IMG/VR virus record: IMGVR_UViG_3300036859_000226
Span: 1-57,741 of that record
Length of the DNA stretch: 57,741 nucleotides
From: a virus
Lineage: Duplodnaviria > Caudoviricetes
Direction: 5' to 3' (one strand)
The translations under genes were made by a program, and so were the position numbers. Shown here one piece after another: positions 27,129 to 35,638 of the stretch. How positions within the stretch are numbered: position 1 is the stretch's first letter; each line of letters starts with the position of its first letter. Under the pieces are notes generated by a model that saw nothing but the letters and a program-made list of their open reading frames with translations, was not told where the DNA came from and did no database searches.

Positions 27129-27673
27129 CAGAATGGAAGGAGTGCCCTCGTTGGCCCGATTATGAGGTCGGCGACAGTGGGCAAATTCGGCGGATACGCG
27201 GCGGCCTTAAACGCCGGTTGCTGCAGCCCCGCGCCCTACCCGTAGGAGGACACGGATACGTCGTCATAACATTTTGGCAAGACGGACGCCACCGATCGGA
27301 AACTCTTCATACCTTGATCTGCGAAGCATTTCACGGTCCGCGGCCATCGCCAAAGCATTACGCGTGCCATTGGGATGGCGATAAACTCAACAATCTACCG
27401 ACCAACTTGCGATGGGCTCTGCCCGTGGAAAATTCGGCAGACGCGCGTCGTCACGGCACCTTGCCAATGGGAGAGAAGAACGGCCGCGCAATTCTGACGA
27501 CTGAGCAGGTTGAGTGTATCCGCGAAGAATATAAGGCATATCAAACCTACAGAGGGGACCGCCGCAAACCGGCCCATGTTTTGGCAGCAAAATATGGAGT
27601 AACTTGGGGGTGCATTAAAGCCATCGTCCAGAATGCAAACTGGACACACGTTTCCGGGACGAGTGTCCGCTGA
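27125..27673 (+). CDS. NUMOD4-HNH endonuclease
   Basis: EWK...DYEVGDSGQIR, HTLICEAFHGPRP, CHWDGDKLNN..NLRW. Confidence 0.92.
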   Translation: MTEWKECPRWPDYEVGDSGQIRRIRGGLKRRLLQPRALPVGGHGYVVITFWQDGRHRSETLHTLICEAFHGPRPSPKHYACHWDGDKLNNLPTNLRWALPVENSADARRHGTLPMGEKNGRAILTTEQVECIREEYKAYQTYRGDRRKPAHVLAAKYGVTWGCIKAIVQNANWTHVSGTSVR

Positions 27674-27858
27674 TGCCCCGCACCCCGATCGGCGTCGACC
27701 CCGATTGCGTCGAACTGGCCCGGCTTTTCCTCGATGACGAGCGGCACCGTCGGCCGATGACCGACGCGGCAGCGCAGGCGCACATCACGTCGCTGTCCGA
27801 GGCCATTCAGCGCGCCGTCGAGGACTGGTTCGAGGCGCAGAACTGGGAGCCGCGATGA
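27673..27858 (+). CDS. Hypothetical protein
   Basis: TGATG coupling; DPDCVELARLFL...LSEAIQRAVEDW. Confidence 0.75.
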   Translation: MPRTPIGVDPDCVELARLFLDDERHRRPMTDAAAQAHITSLSEAIQRAVEDWFEAQNWEPR

Positions 27859-28430
27859 CCTCGGCCTACCCCTTGGCTTGGCCTGCCGGGTTCCCCCGGA
27901 CCCAGAAGCGCGAGGCCGGCGCGTTCAAGACGACGCTCCCGCGCGCCCTCGACAACGTACAGACCTCGCTCCGCCTCTTCGGCAAGGATAGCGGAAAGCC
28001 GGTGCACGGGGTTGTGCTGTCGTCGAACGTGACGCTTGGCGAACACCGTCCGGCCGATCCCGGCGTCGCGGCCTACTTCACCTGGGAGGGGATGCAGGTC
28101 TGCATCCCGGTTGACCGCTACAGCTCCGTGGAGGCCAATCTTCAGGCGATCCACCACATCATCGAGGCGCGCCGGGTCGAGCTCCGCCACGGCACCCTGG
28201 CGCTCGTCCGGGCGACGTTCCAAGGGTTCTCGGCGCTGCCACCACCGAACGACTGGCGACGGACGCTCGACCTTGCGCCGGGTGGTGCCGTGACGCGCGA
28301 GGCGGTTGAGGCGGCCTACCGTCGCCTTGCGCGCTCTCGACACCCCGACGCTGGCGGCAGCCATACCGCAATGGCCGACCTGAATGCCGCGAGGACCGCG
28401 GCCCTGCAAGAGATAACCCCGGAGGGATGA
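27855..28430 (+). CDS. J-domain (DnaJ-like) protein
   Basis: AYPLAWPAGFPRT N-domain; C-terminal AYRRLARSRHPDAGGS. Confidence 0.88.
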   Translation: MTSAYPLAWPAGFPRTQKREAGAFKTTLPRALDNVQTSLRLFGKDSGKPVHGVVLSSNVTLGEHRPADPGVAAYFTWEGMQVCIPVDRYSSVEANLQAIHHIIEARRVELRHGTLALVRATFQGFSALPPPNDWRRTLDLAPGGAVTREAVEAAYRRLARSRHPDAGGSHTAMADLNAARTAALQEITPEG

Positions 28431-28808
28431 ATGGCCGACGACGCGACGCCCGAAGAAACGTGGGGGCTGGTAGAAATCTTTGGACATAGGCGACACTACG
28501 GCCGGGTCCGGGAGGTCGAGAAGTTCGGCACGGTGATGCTGTGCGTCGATGTCCCCGGCACCGACCATCGGCCATTGCTCGACGGCGAGGAAAAGTTCGA
28601 CACGTTTCTCTACGGCGGTGCCGCAATCTTCTCCTTCACGCCGATGACCGAAGAGGCTGCGCGCAAGTGGGCCGACAACGAGCGTCCGCGGCCATACAAG
28701 CCACTCGATCGCCTGCCGGCACCGGACTATGGCGAAGAGGCCGTCTACGGCGTCGAGGAACGTGGCGAGCGCGCCCCGCCGCCCTTCGATGACCCCATCC
28801 CACTTTGA
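28431..28808 (+). CDS. Hypothetical protein
   Basis: VEIFGHRRHYGRVREVE...YGGAAIFS. Confidence 0.75.
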   Translation: MADDATPEETWGLVEIFGHRRHYGRVREVEKFGTVMLCVDVPGTDHRPLLDGEEKFDTFLYGGAAIFSFTPMTEEAARKWADNERPRPYKPLDRLPAPDYGEEAVYGVEERGERAPPPFDDPIPL

Positions 28809-28822
28809 GGAGAACCCCCGAA

Positions 28823-30328
28823 ATGCCCGACGATAATCGCGCTATCACACCCGTCCAGAACGGCGACATCGCAACCATGCCGATCGAGCAGGCGCTCGAA
28901 GTCTATGCTCCGAACTTCGCCGCGGTGCTCCCGCCGAACATCCCGGTCGACCACTTTAAGCGAATCGTCGTTACCGCTCTCAACATCAATCCGGCACTGG
29001 CGAACGCCGACCGGCGAACGCTTTTCAACGCAGCCGTCAAACTCGCGAGTGACGGCTTGCTCCCCGATGGTCGCGAGGCCGCTCTCGTCGTCTACAAGAC
29101 GAAGATCAAAGATCGTCAGGGACGCGAGCACTGGATCGAGGCAGTGCAGGCGATGCCGATGATCGCCGGAATCCGTAAGCGCCTGCGCAACAGCGGTGAA
29201 GTCGACAGCGCCATAGCCGAGGTGGTCTATCGGCACGATCGGTTCAAATACGCCCTCGGCGATCAGGCTTTCATTGAGCACGAACCGCCGCCGCTCGACC
29301 AAGACCGAGGAGAGCCTGTCGGAGCCTACGCCATCATCAAACTTGCCAGCGGCGAGACCATTCGCGAGGTGATGAGCGTCAAGGAGATCGAGCGCGTCCG
29401 CGCCGTGAGCCGCGCCAAGGATCGCGGGCCCTGGGTCGACTGGTGGGGAGAAATGGCCCGTAAGGTGGTTCTCCGGCGCGCATCGAAGGCCGCTCCCCAG
29501 GCTTCGGTGCTCGAAAAGCTGCTGATGCGGGACGAGGAGATGGATCACCTGCCGGCACCGGAAATTCTGCCGGCGATCCCGCCGCGGCCGACCCGAGAGC
29601 AATTCATCCAGACAGCGGAGCCCGACCCTCCGCTCGAGGTCGTCGACATGACGGGGACCGTCGGCGAGTACCCGACGGTCGAGCTCGCGGTCGAGGCCTA
29701 CTACGACGCGCTCGACGAGGCCGAGAAGCAGCGCGGCGAGGCCGGGCTCACGACCGTCTGGGACAACAACCAGGGCCTCATGCGCACCCTCGACGAGCGG
29801 GGCTTCGACGAGTTGACGAAGGGCATGAGCAGCGATTACGGCACTCGCCGGCGGGTCGCGTCCGAGAAGGTGGTCGTCCGCGAGACTCAGCAGGCCGCGC
29901 CCCCACAGAACACCGATCTCTCCGGCGAGGGGGCCGGCGAGCGCCCTGGCGCTGGTTCTCCCCAGGCACCGCGTCAGGGCGAGCCTATCGCAGATGCGGC
30001 GTCCACCGCGGGCCAGCCGGCGCATGACGCGGCTGATTCCGGTGCCACCGTAGTGGAGGGGGGCGGCCAATCAGGCGCTCCCCTCCCGCCCGCCAGCGGC
30101 ACCGGGAAGCTGGGTCTCGGTGTCCCTGCCGACGCGCCGCAGAGCGACCTGCTCAACACCGGCGCGAGCGGCGCGCAAGAAACCGGGGCGGCGCGCACGC
30201 CAGCCGAGCGACGCGCAGCCAGGACACATCCTTTCTGGCACCAGAAGCAGTCAAAGCGCACACTGCCCGAGGATCGCGATACCTTCCTGCACGACCTGCC
30301 GCTACGGCTCGCCGAGTGCATCGACTGA
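28823..30328 (+). CDS. recT: RecT-family ssDNA annealing protein with long C-terminal extension
   Basis: LASDGLLPDGREAALV, PMIAGI, GAYAI, PWVDWWGEMARKVVLRR. Confidence 0.9.
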   Translation: MPDDNRAITPVQNGDIATMPIEQALEVYAPNFAAVLPPNIPVDHFKRIVVTALNINPALANADRRTLFNAAVKLASDGLLPDGREAALVVYKTKIKDRQGREHWIEAVQAMPMIAGIRKRLRNSGEVDSAIAEVVYRHDRFKYALGDQAFIEHEPPPLDQDRGEPVGAYAIIKLASGETIREVMSVKEIERVRAVSRAKDRGPWVDWWGEMARKVVLRRASKAAPQASVLEKLLMRDEEMDHLPAPEILPAIPPRPTREQFIQTAEPDPPLEVVDMTGTVGEYPTVELAVEAYYDALDEAEKQRGEAGLTTVWDNNQGLMRTLDERGFDELTKGMSSDYGTRRRVASEKVVVRETQQAAPPQNTDLSGEGAGERPGAGSPQAPRQGEPIADAASTAGQPAHDAADSGATVVEGGGQSGAPLPPASGTGKLGLGVPADAPQSDLLNTGASGAQETGAARTPAERRAARTHPFWHQKQSKRTLPEDRDTFLHDLPLRLAECID

Positions 30329-30505
30329 GCCGAGGTTGATGACTTGGATCGCCATAACGCGCACGTGATCAGGGCGCTATCGGCCGACGACCGGACGGCT
30401 ATCGCCAGAATGTTTGCTGCGCGCCGGGAAGAAATACGAGGCGCGTGATCCTCGCGCTCGCTGTCGGCGAGTGGCCGGTGTGGGTAAGGAATGGGAGAAA
30501 GCATA

Positions 30506-30796
30506 ATGCCTGAGCAACCCCCGAGCACCGAGATGGTTGAGCCGAAAGAAGTTACCCATAGTCGCTTTTATGATGCCTTCCATGCGTGGTTCATGCAAAG
30601 CGGCTGCGACTTCTGGAGTGAGTGCGACGCGCCGGAGTCTCTCGCGACGATCGCCGTTGAGTTAAACGACGCCTTCGCCGCGCGGGCCGTGGCCGAGGAG
30701 CGGGCGCGGTGCCTCGCGTGGGTTCACAAGCGAACGTTCTACTCGGATTGGTCCGTGCTCATTGAAGCGATCAGAGACGGGAGGCCGGCGCCATGA
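30506..30796 (+). CDS. Hypothetical protein
   Basis: GGGAG SD. Confidence 0.65.
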   Translation: MPEQPPSTEMVEPKEVTHSRFYDAFHAWFMQSGCDFWSECDAPESLATIAVELNDAFAARAVAEERARCLAWVHKRTFYSDWSVLIEAIRDGRPAP

Positions 30797-31152
30797 CCGA
30801 CGACGAGCGTGAAGCGCAAAAATGGGTCGGCGACGAGGCCGCCATACGCAAGAAACACGGAGATGATCGATGTCTAGATGCCGCCAGCGAGAGCGGACGC
30901 ATCGGCAGTTCCGGACTGGTCAATCCATACTACTACTCCGCCGTAGAAATACTGCTCCTCCGGCTCAACGAGGCCCGCGACGAGATCGCCGACAAGCAGC
31001 GCACGTTCGACCTGCTCTGGGCCGCGCAGATGCGCGCGATCGAGAGGTGGCAGGCGGCGCACCCCGGCAACGAGATGGTGTGGCCGGACCACGCCATGCT
31101 GGTCGAGTGGCTGCTGGAGGAGATCGCCCGGCTGACCGCTGCCTCGGCCTAA
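30793..31152 (+). CDS. Hypothetical protein
   Basis: ATGA coupling. Confidence 0.7.
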   Translation: MTDDEREAQKWVGDEAAIRKKHGDDRCLDAASESGRIGSSGLVNPYYYSAVEILLLRLNEARDEIADKQRTFDLLWAAQMRAIERWQAAHPGNEMVWPDHAMLVEWLLEEIARLTAASA

Positions 31153-31340
31153 TGCGCCGCGCCGACCTCGGCTGCATCTGGACGAACGACCAGATCAACC
31201 GCGAGGTCGCCGGCCAGATATTCGGCGCGCCGGCGGCCGGCCTATCGTTCTCCGAGCCGCACGGCGTTCTGTGGGAGTTGCTTGACCTACTGTGGCCGAG
31301 GGCAAACTTCATTCAGGTGTGGGAGAGGGTCGATGGCTGA
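31152..31340 (+). CDS. Hypothetical protein
   Basis: TAATG coupling. Confidence 0.55.
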   Translation: MRRADLGCIWTNDQINREVAGQIFGAPAAGLSFSEPHGVLWELLDLLWPRANFIQVWERVDG

Positions 31341-31683
31341 CTTACCGCCGATGGAGCCGAGCGCGACTGAGCGCGTATTCGATGTACTAATAAATAAAAC
31401 ACATAATGGCGAGATTATCGCCGGTATCAATACGGTTGAATTACTTCAAGAAATAAAAGCTGTAGTCGTGGGCGCCTACCGCGACGGCTTCCTCACCGCC
31501 CTCTCCCTACTGCGCGAGCCGAGCGAGGAGTTGGTGAAGGCGGTAAAATCGGCGTTGGTAGAAGCCATCGAAGAGTCCCCGCACAATTTCGGAGAACAAG
31601 GGATTGCAGCGACATATGTCGATGCGTCCCGCGCCGCCCTCCGCGCCGCTGCGGAGGCGCTGGCTACTGCCACGCCCCGCTGA
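31333..31683 (+). CDS. Hypothetical protein
   Basis: Last gene of the rightward arm. Confidence 0.65.
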   Translation: MADLPPMEPSATERVFDVLINKTHNGEIIAGINTVELLQEIKAVVVGAYRDGFLTALSLLREPSEELVKAVKSALVEAIEESPHNFGEQGIAATYVDASRAALRAAAEALATATPR

Positions 31684-31879
31684 GGATCAACCCCACCGGC
31701 CCAAACTGAGTAGGCGGCCCGAGGATCAGCAGCGCCAACACGATAAACGCGAGCACGGCCAGCGCGGCGACGAGCAGCATCGGCCTCCCCGGCGTCCAGC
31801 GGCGCACGGTTGGCTTCGGGGCGTAGCGGTCGAGCCAGGTCGGCGGCAGGCTCGGCGGGAGGCCGGGGCGGGCGCTCAC
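31664..31879 (-). CDS. Small membrane protein
   Basis: One transmembrane helix. Confidence 0.6.
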   Translation of the reverse strand: MSARPGLPPSLPPTWLDRYAPKPTVRRWTPGRPMLLVAALAVLAFIVLALLILGPPTQFGPVGLILSGAWQ

Positions 31880-32070
31880 GGCTCTATCTGGCGCATCGTC
31901 TTTGGATCATAGCCGGCTGCGATTATCTTCGACCAAAGTATGCAGCGAGCATGCTCTACCCATCGATCATGCTCGACCTGCTTGATCCGACGCATCAGGC
32001 CACGCTCTTCATACGCGCGCTCTTCCGCCTCCTGCGCACGCCGAATGGCAGCTTGGAATAGCGTTGTCAC
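31876..32070 (-). CDS. Hypothetical protein
   Basis: GTGA coupling. Confidence 0.6.
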   Translation of the reverse strand: MTTLFQAAIRRAQEAEERAYEERGLMRRIKQVEHDRWVEHARCILWSKIIAAGYDPKTMRQIEP

Positions 32071-32210
32071 AGCCGCCACCGCACCATCGCGACATCACAC
32101 GAAGCCCGCGCATACTTGCCCGTCGCCCAGCCGTACCAGCGCGGACGGCCGACCCAGTAAAGCGGCGCGAGCGACCAGCTAACCGCCCACCAGAAAACAA
32201 CGCGCGTCAT
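32067..32210 (-). CDS. Small Trp-rich protein (47 aa)
   Basis: MTRVVFWWAVSWSLAPLYW...; fills the gap and is coupled to the next gene. Confidence 0.45.
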   Translation of the reverse strand: MTRVVFWWAVSWSLAPLYWVGRPRWYGWATGKYARASCDVAMVRWRL

Positions 32211-32220
32211 CGCCGCACCA

Positions 32221-32535
32221 TCACAACAGCCCGACGAGAAGCGGGATCAGCGCCGGTAGGAGCTGCGGGATGAGCACCTTCATCTCGCCCCAGATCATCG
32301 CACGCCAGCTCTCGTCGACGCCGGCGACCGGCACGCCATTGACGCAGGCCGACTTCGCGTCGGCCCAGAGCACGCCGAGCGTCGAGTGCGGGTTTTGCGC
32401 GTCGAGCGTCGCGACCACGGCCGGCGGGAGCGCCGCCATGTCGGTGCACGCGGTCTTGAACGCGCCGGTGAGCTGAGCGCAGCCGCCGAGGGCGAGGGCG
32501 GCGGCGAGCGGAAGGGCGACGTAAGTGCGGGTCAT
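32221..32535 (-). CDS. Lipoprotein, possible spanin
   Basis: Lipobox LGGC plus C-terminal hydrophobic helix, in the lysis region. Confidence 0.7.
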   Translation of the reverse strand: MTRTYVALPLAAALALGGCAQLTGAFKTACTDMAALPPAVVATLDAQNPHSTLGVLWADAKSACVNGVPVAGVDESWRAMIWGEMKVLIPQLLPALIPLLVGLL

Positions 32536-32565
32536 GGCGTTTTCCTTCTGTGAAGATTAAAAAGT

Positions 32566-32745
32566 TCAGTACTCCGTCGGGTATCTCGGGAACACCCGCT
32601 CGTAGATGTCCCGCTTCTCAGTCATCGCCCGCTGAATCACGGCCTCGGCCTCAGCGATGATGCCAGGCACCTGCGCTGGGTCGATGACCCGCCGCTCGCA
32701 CAGGGTCAGCGCCAACTCCTCGGCGAACCGCCTGGGCGACTTCAC
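32566..32745 (-). CDS. Hypothetical protein
   Basis: GTGA coupling. Confidence 0.55.
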   Translation of the reverse strand: MKSPRRFAEELALTLCERRVIDPAQVPGIIAEAEAVIQRAMTEKRDIYERVFPRYPTEY

Positions 32746-32900
32746 CGGATCGGTGCGCCGAAGACGCCCCACCCCAACAGGCCGATCAGGATGTAGATCA
32801 ACCCATACGGCGCATGCGCCGGGCCGAACGGCCAACTCGACCATCCGGTAAAAACCAGCGAGATCACGTACAGAATCCAGAACCAGATGCCGGCGGTCAT
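32742..32900 (-). CDS. Small two-TM membrane protein (52 aa)
   Basis: GGAGG SD; MTAGIWFWILYVISLVF...LIGLLGWGVFGAPIR; below the ORF-track cutoff. Confidence 0.75.
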   Translation of the reverse strand: MTAGIWFWILYVISLVFTGWSSWPFGPAHAPYGLIYILIGLLGWGVFGAPIR

Positions 32901-32910
32901 TTAATCCTCC

Positions 32911-33321
32911 TCACACACCCTTGGGAGCCGGGCTCGGCTCCACGTTGGCCGGCGCAGAAGGTGCCGCGGCAATCTCTTCCGGCGAGACCCGAACCGCTTT
33001 ATTAGGCATCCCCTCAGCGGTCACGGTCAGAGTAACCGGCGTCGCAACGCCCGCGGTCATCGTGGCTGCGGCCGATGCCTTCGCAGCCGCGACTTCGGCC
33101 CTGCGTGCATTCCTGATTGCGACAATCTTCTGCCACGCCGACCAGAGCAGAGTCGCGAGCATGAAGCCGGCGCTTACCGCCATCGTAACTTGGTCGCCGG
33201 TCACGGTCAGCGCCCAGGTGAAGCCGAACCCGCTCGCGATCTGCACCAGGCCGCGCACAACAGCCCCGACGATCGGCAGGTACGGCTGCATCCATTCCGC
33301 GATCGTGAGTTTATCCGACAC
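32911..33321 (-). CDS. Holin-like membrane protein
   Basis: Two TM helices ending LLWSAWQK; downstream of the endolysin; GGGAGG SD. Confidence 0.7.
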   Translation of the reverse strand: MSDKLTIAEWMQPYLPIVGAVVRGLVQIASGFGFTWALTVTGDQVTMAVSAGFMLATLLWSAWQKIVAIRNARRAEVAAAKASAAATMTAGVATPVTLTVTAEGMPNKAVRVSPEEIAAAPSAPANVEPSPAPKGV

Positions 33322-33384
33322 TGGCTTCCCCTCCCGCGCTTGCCGTGCAATAATGCGCCCGCGCGGCGTTGCCTGCAACATTGG

Positions 33385-33460
33385 TGCAGGTGGAAGGGAC
33401 AGCGACCTAATCAGGTTCATACCCTGATTGCTACGGGTGCAATTCCCGTACCTGCCTCCA
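33385..33460 (+). tRNA. tRNA with CAT anticodon (Met/fMet/Ile2-like), non-canonical
   Basis: Acceptor GCAGGT/ACCTGC, anticodon arm TCAGG-TTCATAC-CCTGA, T-arm ACGGG-TGCAATT-CCCGT, encoded CCA; 76 nt. Confidence 0.8.
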
Positions 33461-33502
33461 ATATCTGCAACCTCGCGCCTCTACCTCCCAGTTGCAAAAC
33501 TC

Positions 33503-33527
33503 GGCCGGCGGCAACGTCGGCCTTTTT
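33503..33527 (+). terminator. Rho-independent terminator downstream of the tRNA
   Basis: GGCCGGCG-GCAA-CGTCGGCC-TTTTT. Confidence 0.8.
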
Positions 33528-33697
33528 GCTGCGCGGCGGCGATGCTATCCTGTGCGCGCTGCGGCGAGCTTTGAACCTAAACACTGGTTCGTCCGGTGTG
33601 CCGGCCCGCAGCGTAATGGACGACAGCGTGCGCTTTAGTGGCGCGAGCCTATGCCAAGCTGACTGCCGGGGGGAGGAAATGCCCCCTGGCGCCAGCG

Positions 33698-34366
33698 TCA
33701 TCCCCGCCTCGCCTGCCACGCCTTGAGCGCCGCATCGGTGCGCTCGCCTGGTATGCCATCGATCGGCCCCGGATTATATCCTGCTGCCTTGAGCACGGTC
33801 TGCAATGCCCGCACGGTCGCCGACATAGCGAGATAGGTCGCCTGCACCGTATCGTTCAGGTCTTGGGTCGGCGGCGGAGTCTGGACAGGCGATACGCGCG
33901 GTCCGGCGAGCGCCAGCTTGGCATAATCGAGGCGCGGGGCAAATCCGGCATCCGGATCGGATGGCCGCTCGAATAGGCGCTGGAATACGTCAACAGCCTT
34001 CGAGACAGTCAATGTCTTGCGGAGAGCAGCGAGCGCCCGCGCCTCGGTGGTTTGGAGTTCATGAATTAGAAAACCGTAATTCGCCTCGTCGGTGCCGACA
34101 TCAAGCCCCTCGTTTGCCGCCCATGTCTCGAATGCGGCGCGCCGGCTCCCGGTCCACTGCGCGATTCCAAAGCCACCGCGGCTGCCCGGCACGAGCGGAT
34201 GGTGCTCGTTGATGTCCGGGTCCAGTCCACTCTCGCCCCCAAGATTGCCGACGATGCCGGCCGCCTGGTTCTCGGTCAGCGCGAGGTCGGCCATCAGCCG
34301 GTCGATCAGCCACCGCCCGCGTGCGGGGAAGCCGGCGGACAGCGGCGGCATGTCGAATGCGGTCAT
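33698..34366 (-). CDS. Endolysin (phage tail-lysozyme family catalytic domain plus peptidoglycan-binding domain)
   Basis: AAGIVGNLGGESG, GFGIAQWTGSRR, FERPS; LQTVLKAAGYNPGPIDGIPGERT. Confidence 0.92.
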   Translation of the reverse strand: MTAFDMPPLSAGFPARGRWLIDRLMADLALTENQAAGIVGNLGGESGLDPDINEHHPLVPGSRGGFGIAQWTGSRRAAFETWAANEGLDVGTDEANYGFLIHELQTTEARALAALRKTLTVSKAVDVFQRLFERPSDPDAGFAPRLDYAKLALAGPRVSPVQTPPPTQDLNDTVQATYLAMSATVRALQTVLKAAGYNPGPIDGIPGERTDAALKAWQARRG

Positions 34367-34680
34367 CTACCCCTCGCTCGACTGAGTATCGCTTGCCGTC
34401 TCTCGACCCAACGCCGGAAAACCTCACGATTCATTTCCCTCGCAGGGAACTCGCTCGGCTTGTTGATCGCCTCGTCTCGCTCAACTCGCAAATCATCAAC
34501 ACGCGCGCTGATCGTATCATATTCCTCGATCGCGTACCGCCGCCGCTCCGGCTCTGGCCGCATCTCGCTCGGATCGCCGGCCCGCATGATGCAGGTGCTG
34601 TCGTCACCTGGGTTGACCGCCCCGCAGATGCGGCAGCGAACGCCGCCCTCGAACGGTTGGGGATCGTGCTGACGGATCAT
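34363..34680 (-). CDS. Hypothetical protein
   Basis: Coupled start; CRICG motif. Confidence 0.6.
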   Translation of the reverse strand: MIRQHDPQPFEGGVRCRICGAVNPGDDSTCIMRAGDPSEMRPEPERRRYAIEEYDTISARVDDLRVERDEAINKPSEFPAREMNREVFRRWVERRQAILSRARGR

Positions 34681-35053
34681 GGCTCGTCTCCTCCCCTTCG
34701 CTTGTTCGCCTCACCCATCGAGATGCCGCGCCTCTCGCCGGCAGCGTCGGCCTCGCTGACCTGCACGCGCGCCGACTCATCATGGCCGCGAGCGCCGCGG
34801 CCATGATGCTGTTGGTGTTGGTCGCAACCTCCTTGATATCGGCTGCCATGCCGACAACGACAACCGCAGCCCTCTCGGCGTGCGTCGCAGCAGCGCTAGC
34901 CGCCCTCTCAGCCGCAATCGCCGCAATCAGGGCCTCAGCCCGCGATCCCCGCGCCTCGCGCGTCACTTGGAACATCTTGACCAGCGCCAGGACCAGCGTC
35001 AGCAAGGTGAGGGCTTGGACGCCTAAGCTGATGATGAGGAGAGCCGCGCTCAC
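34677..35053 (-). pseudogene. Membrane protein with a 1-bp frameshift at about 34784
   Basis: Adding one base gives ...AALAAHDESARVQVSEADAAG...GDEP*, ending in an ATGA overlap with the next gene. Confidence 0.6.
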
Positions 35054-35493
35054 CGAACGCCCATCCCGGAAAAATGCTGGACCGTCAGCACCAGGATCGC
35101 CGTCGCCAACGTCACGCCAGCCGCAATCACTGCCGGCGCGATAGCCCGTTTCCAAGCGGCCCACCCCTCCTTGTCCGCCTCGAATGCATCCAATCTGGCA
35201 CCGATCCCGGCAAGTAGGCTGCCATGCGCGGCAAAGCGGCTATCGTCGCGGCTGTCGTGTTGCTCGAGATGGTCGCCGAATCTTTGAAGTTGCTCCATCA
35301 GCGCTCCATGATCGCGCTGGCGCTGTTCTCCTTGGAGTACGAGTGCCGAGACCTCGCTGACCATTCGGTGCACGATCGGCCGTAGCAAGGCCAACTCGCC
35401 CGTCTGGATGTCCATCTTGGTCTCGACGCGAGTGACACGCTCGCCGATCTCGGCAAAGCCTGTGCGACGTTCTGCCCGGTCCCCGTCGCTCAT
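35050..35493 (-). CDS. Coiled-coil protein with C-terminal TM helix (lysis-associated)
   Basis: ERVTRVETKMD... plus C-terminal hydrophobic helix. Confidence 0.7.
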   Translation of the reverse strand: MSDGDRAERRTGFAEIGERVTRVETKMDIQTGELALLRPIVHRMVSEVSALVLQGEQRQRDHGALMEQLQRFGDHLEQHDSRDDSRFAAHGSLLAGIGARLDAFEADKEGWAAWKRAIAPAVIAAGVTLATAILVLTVQHFSGMGVR

Positions 35494-35638
35494 CGGCGCC
35501 CATACCTCATCCAAGAATGTGCTTGCGCTGTGTGCCATGATGTACGTGCTCCCCCGATCGATGGAAGAGGGGTACACAGAGAGGCGAGCATTTTCGCGGA
35601 AATTTCCGTTAATCCAACGTTCAAAGCGCCGGAATCGT

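Noticed and set aside
30326-30328. Genome-wide TGA recoding
   Set aside because: TGA is the normal stop for many genes here and I saw only one internal case.
33385-33460. tRNA as an integration (att) site
   Set aside because: No second copy of its 3' end and no recombinase in the window.
33417-33719. 100-aa minus-strand ORF between endolysin and holin
   Set aside because: Not protein-like and antisense to the tRNA and its terminator.
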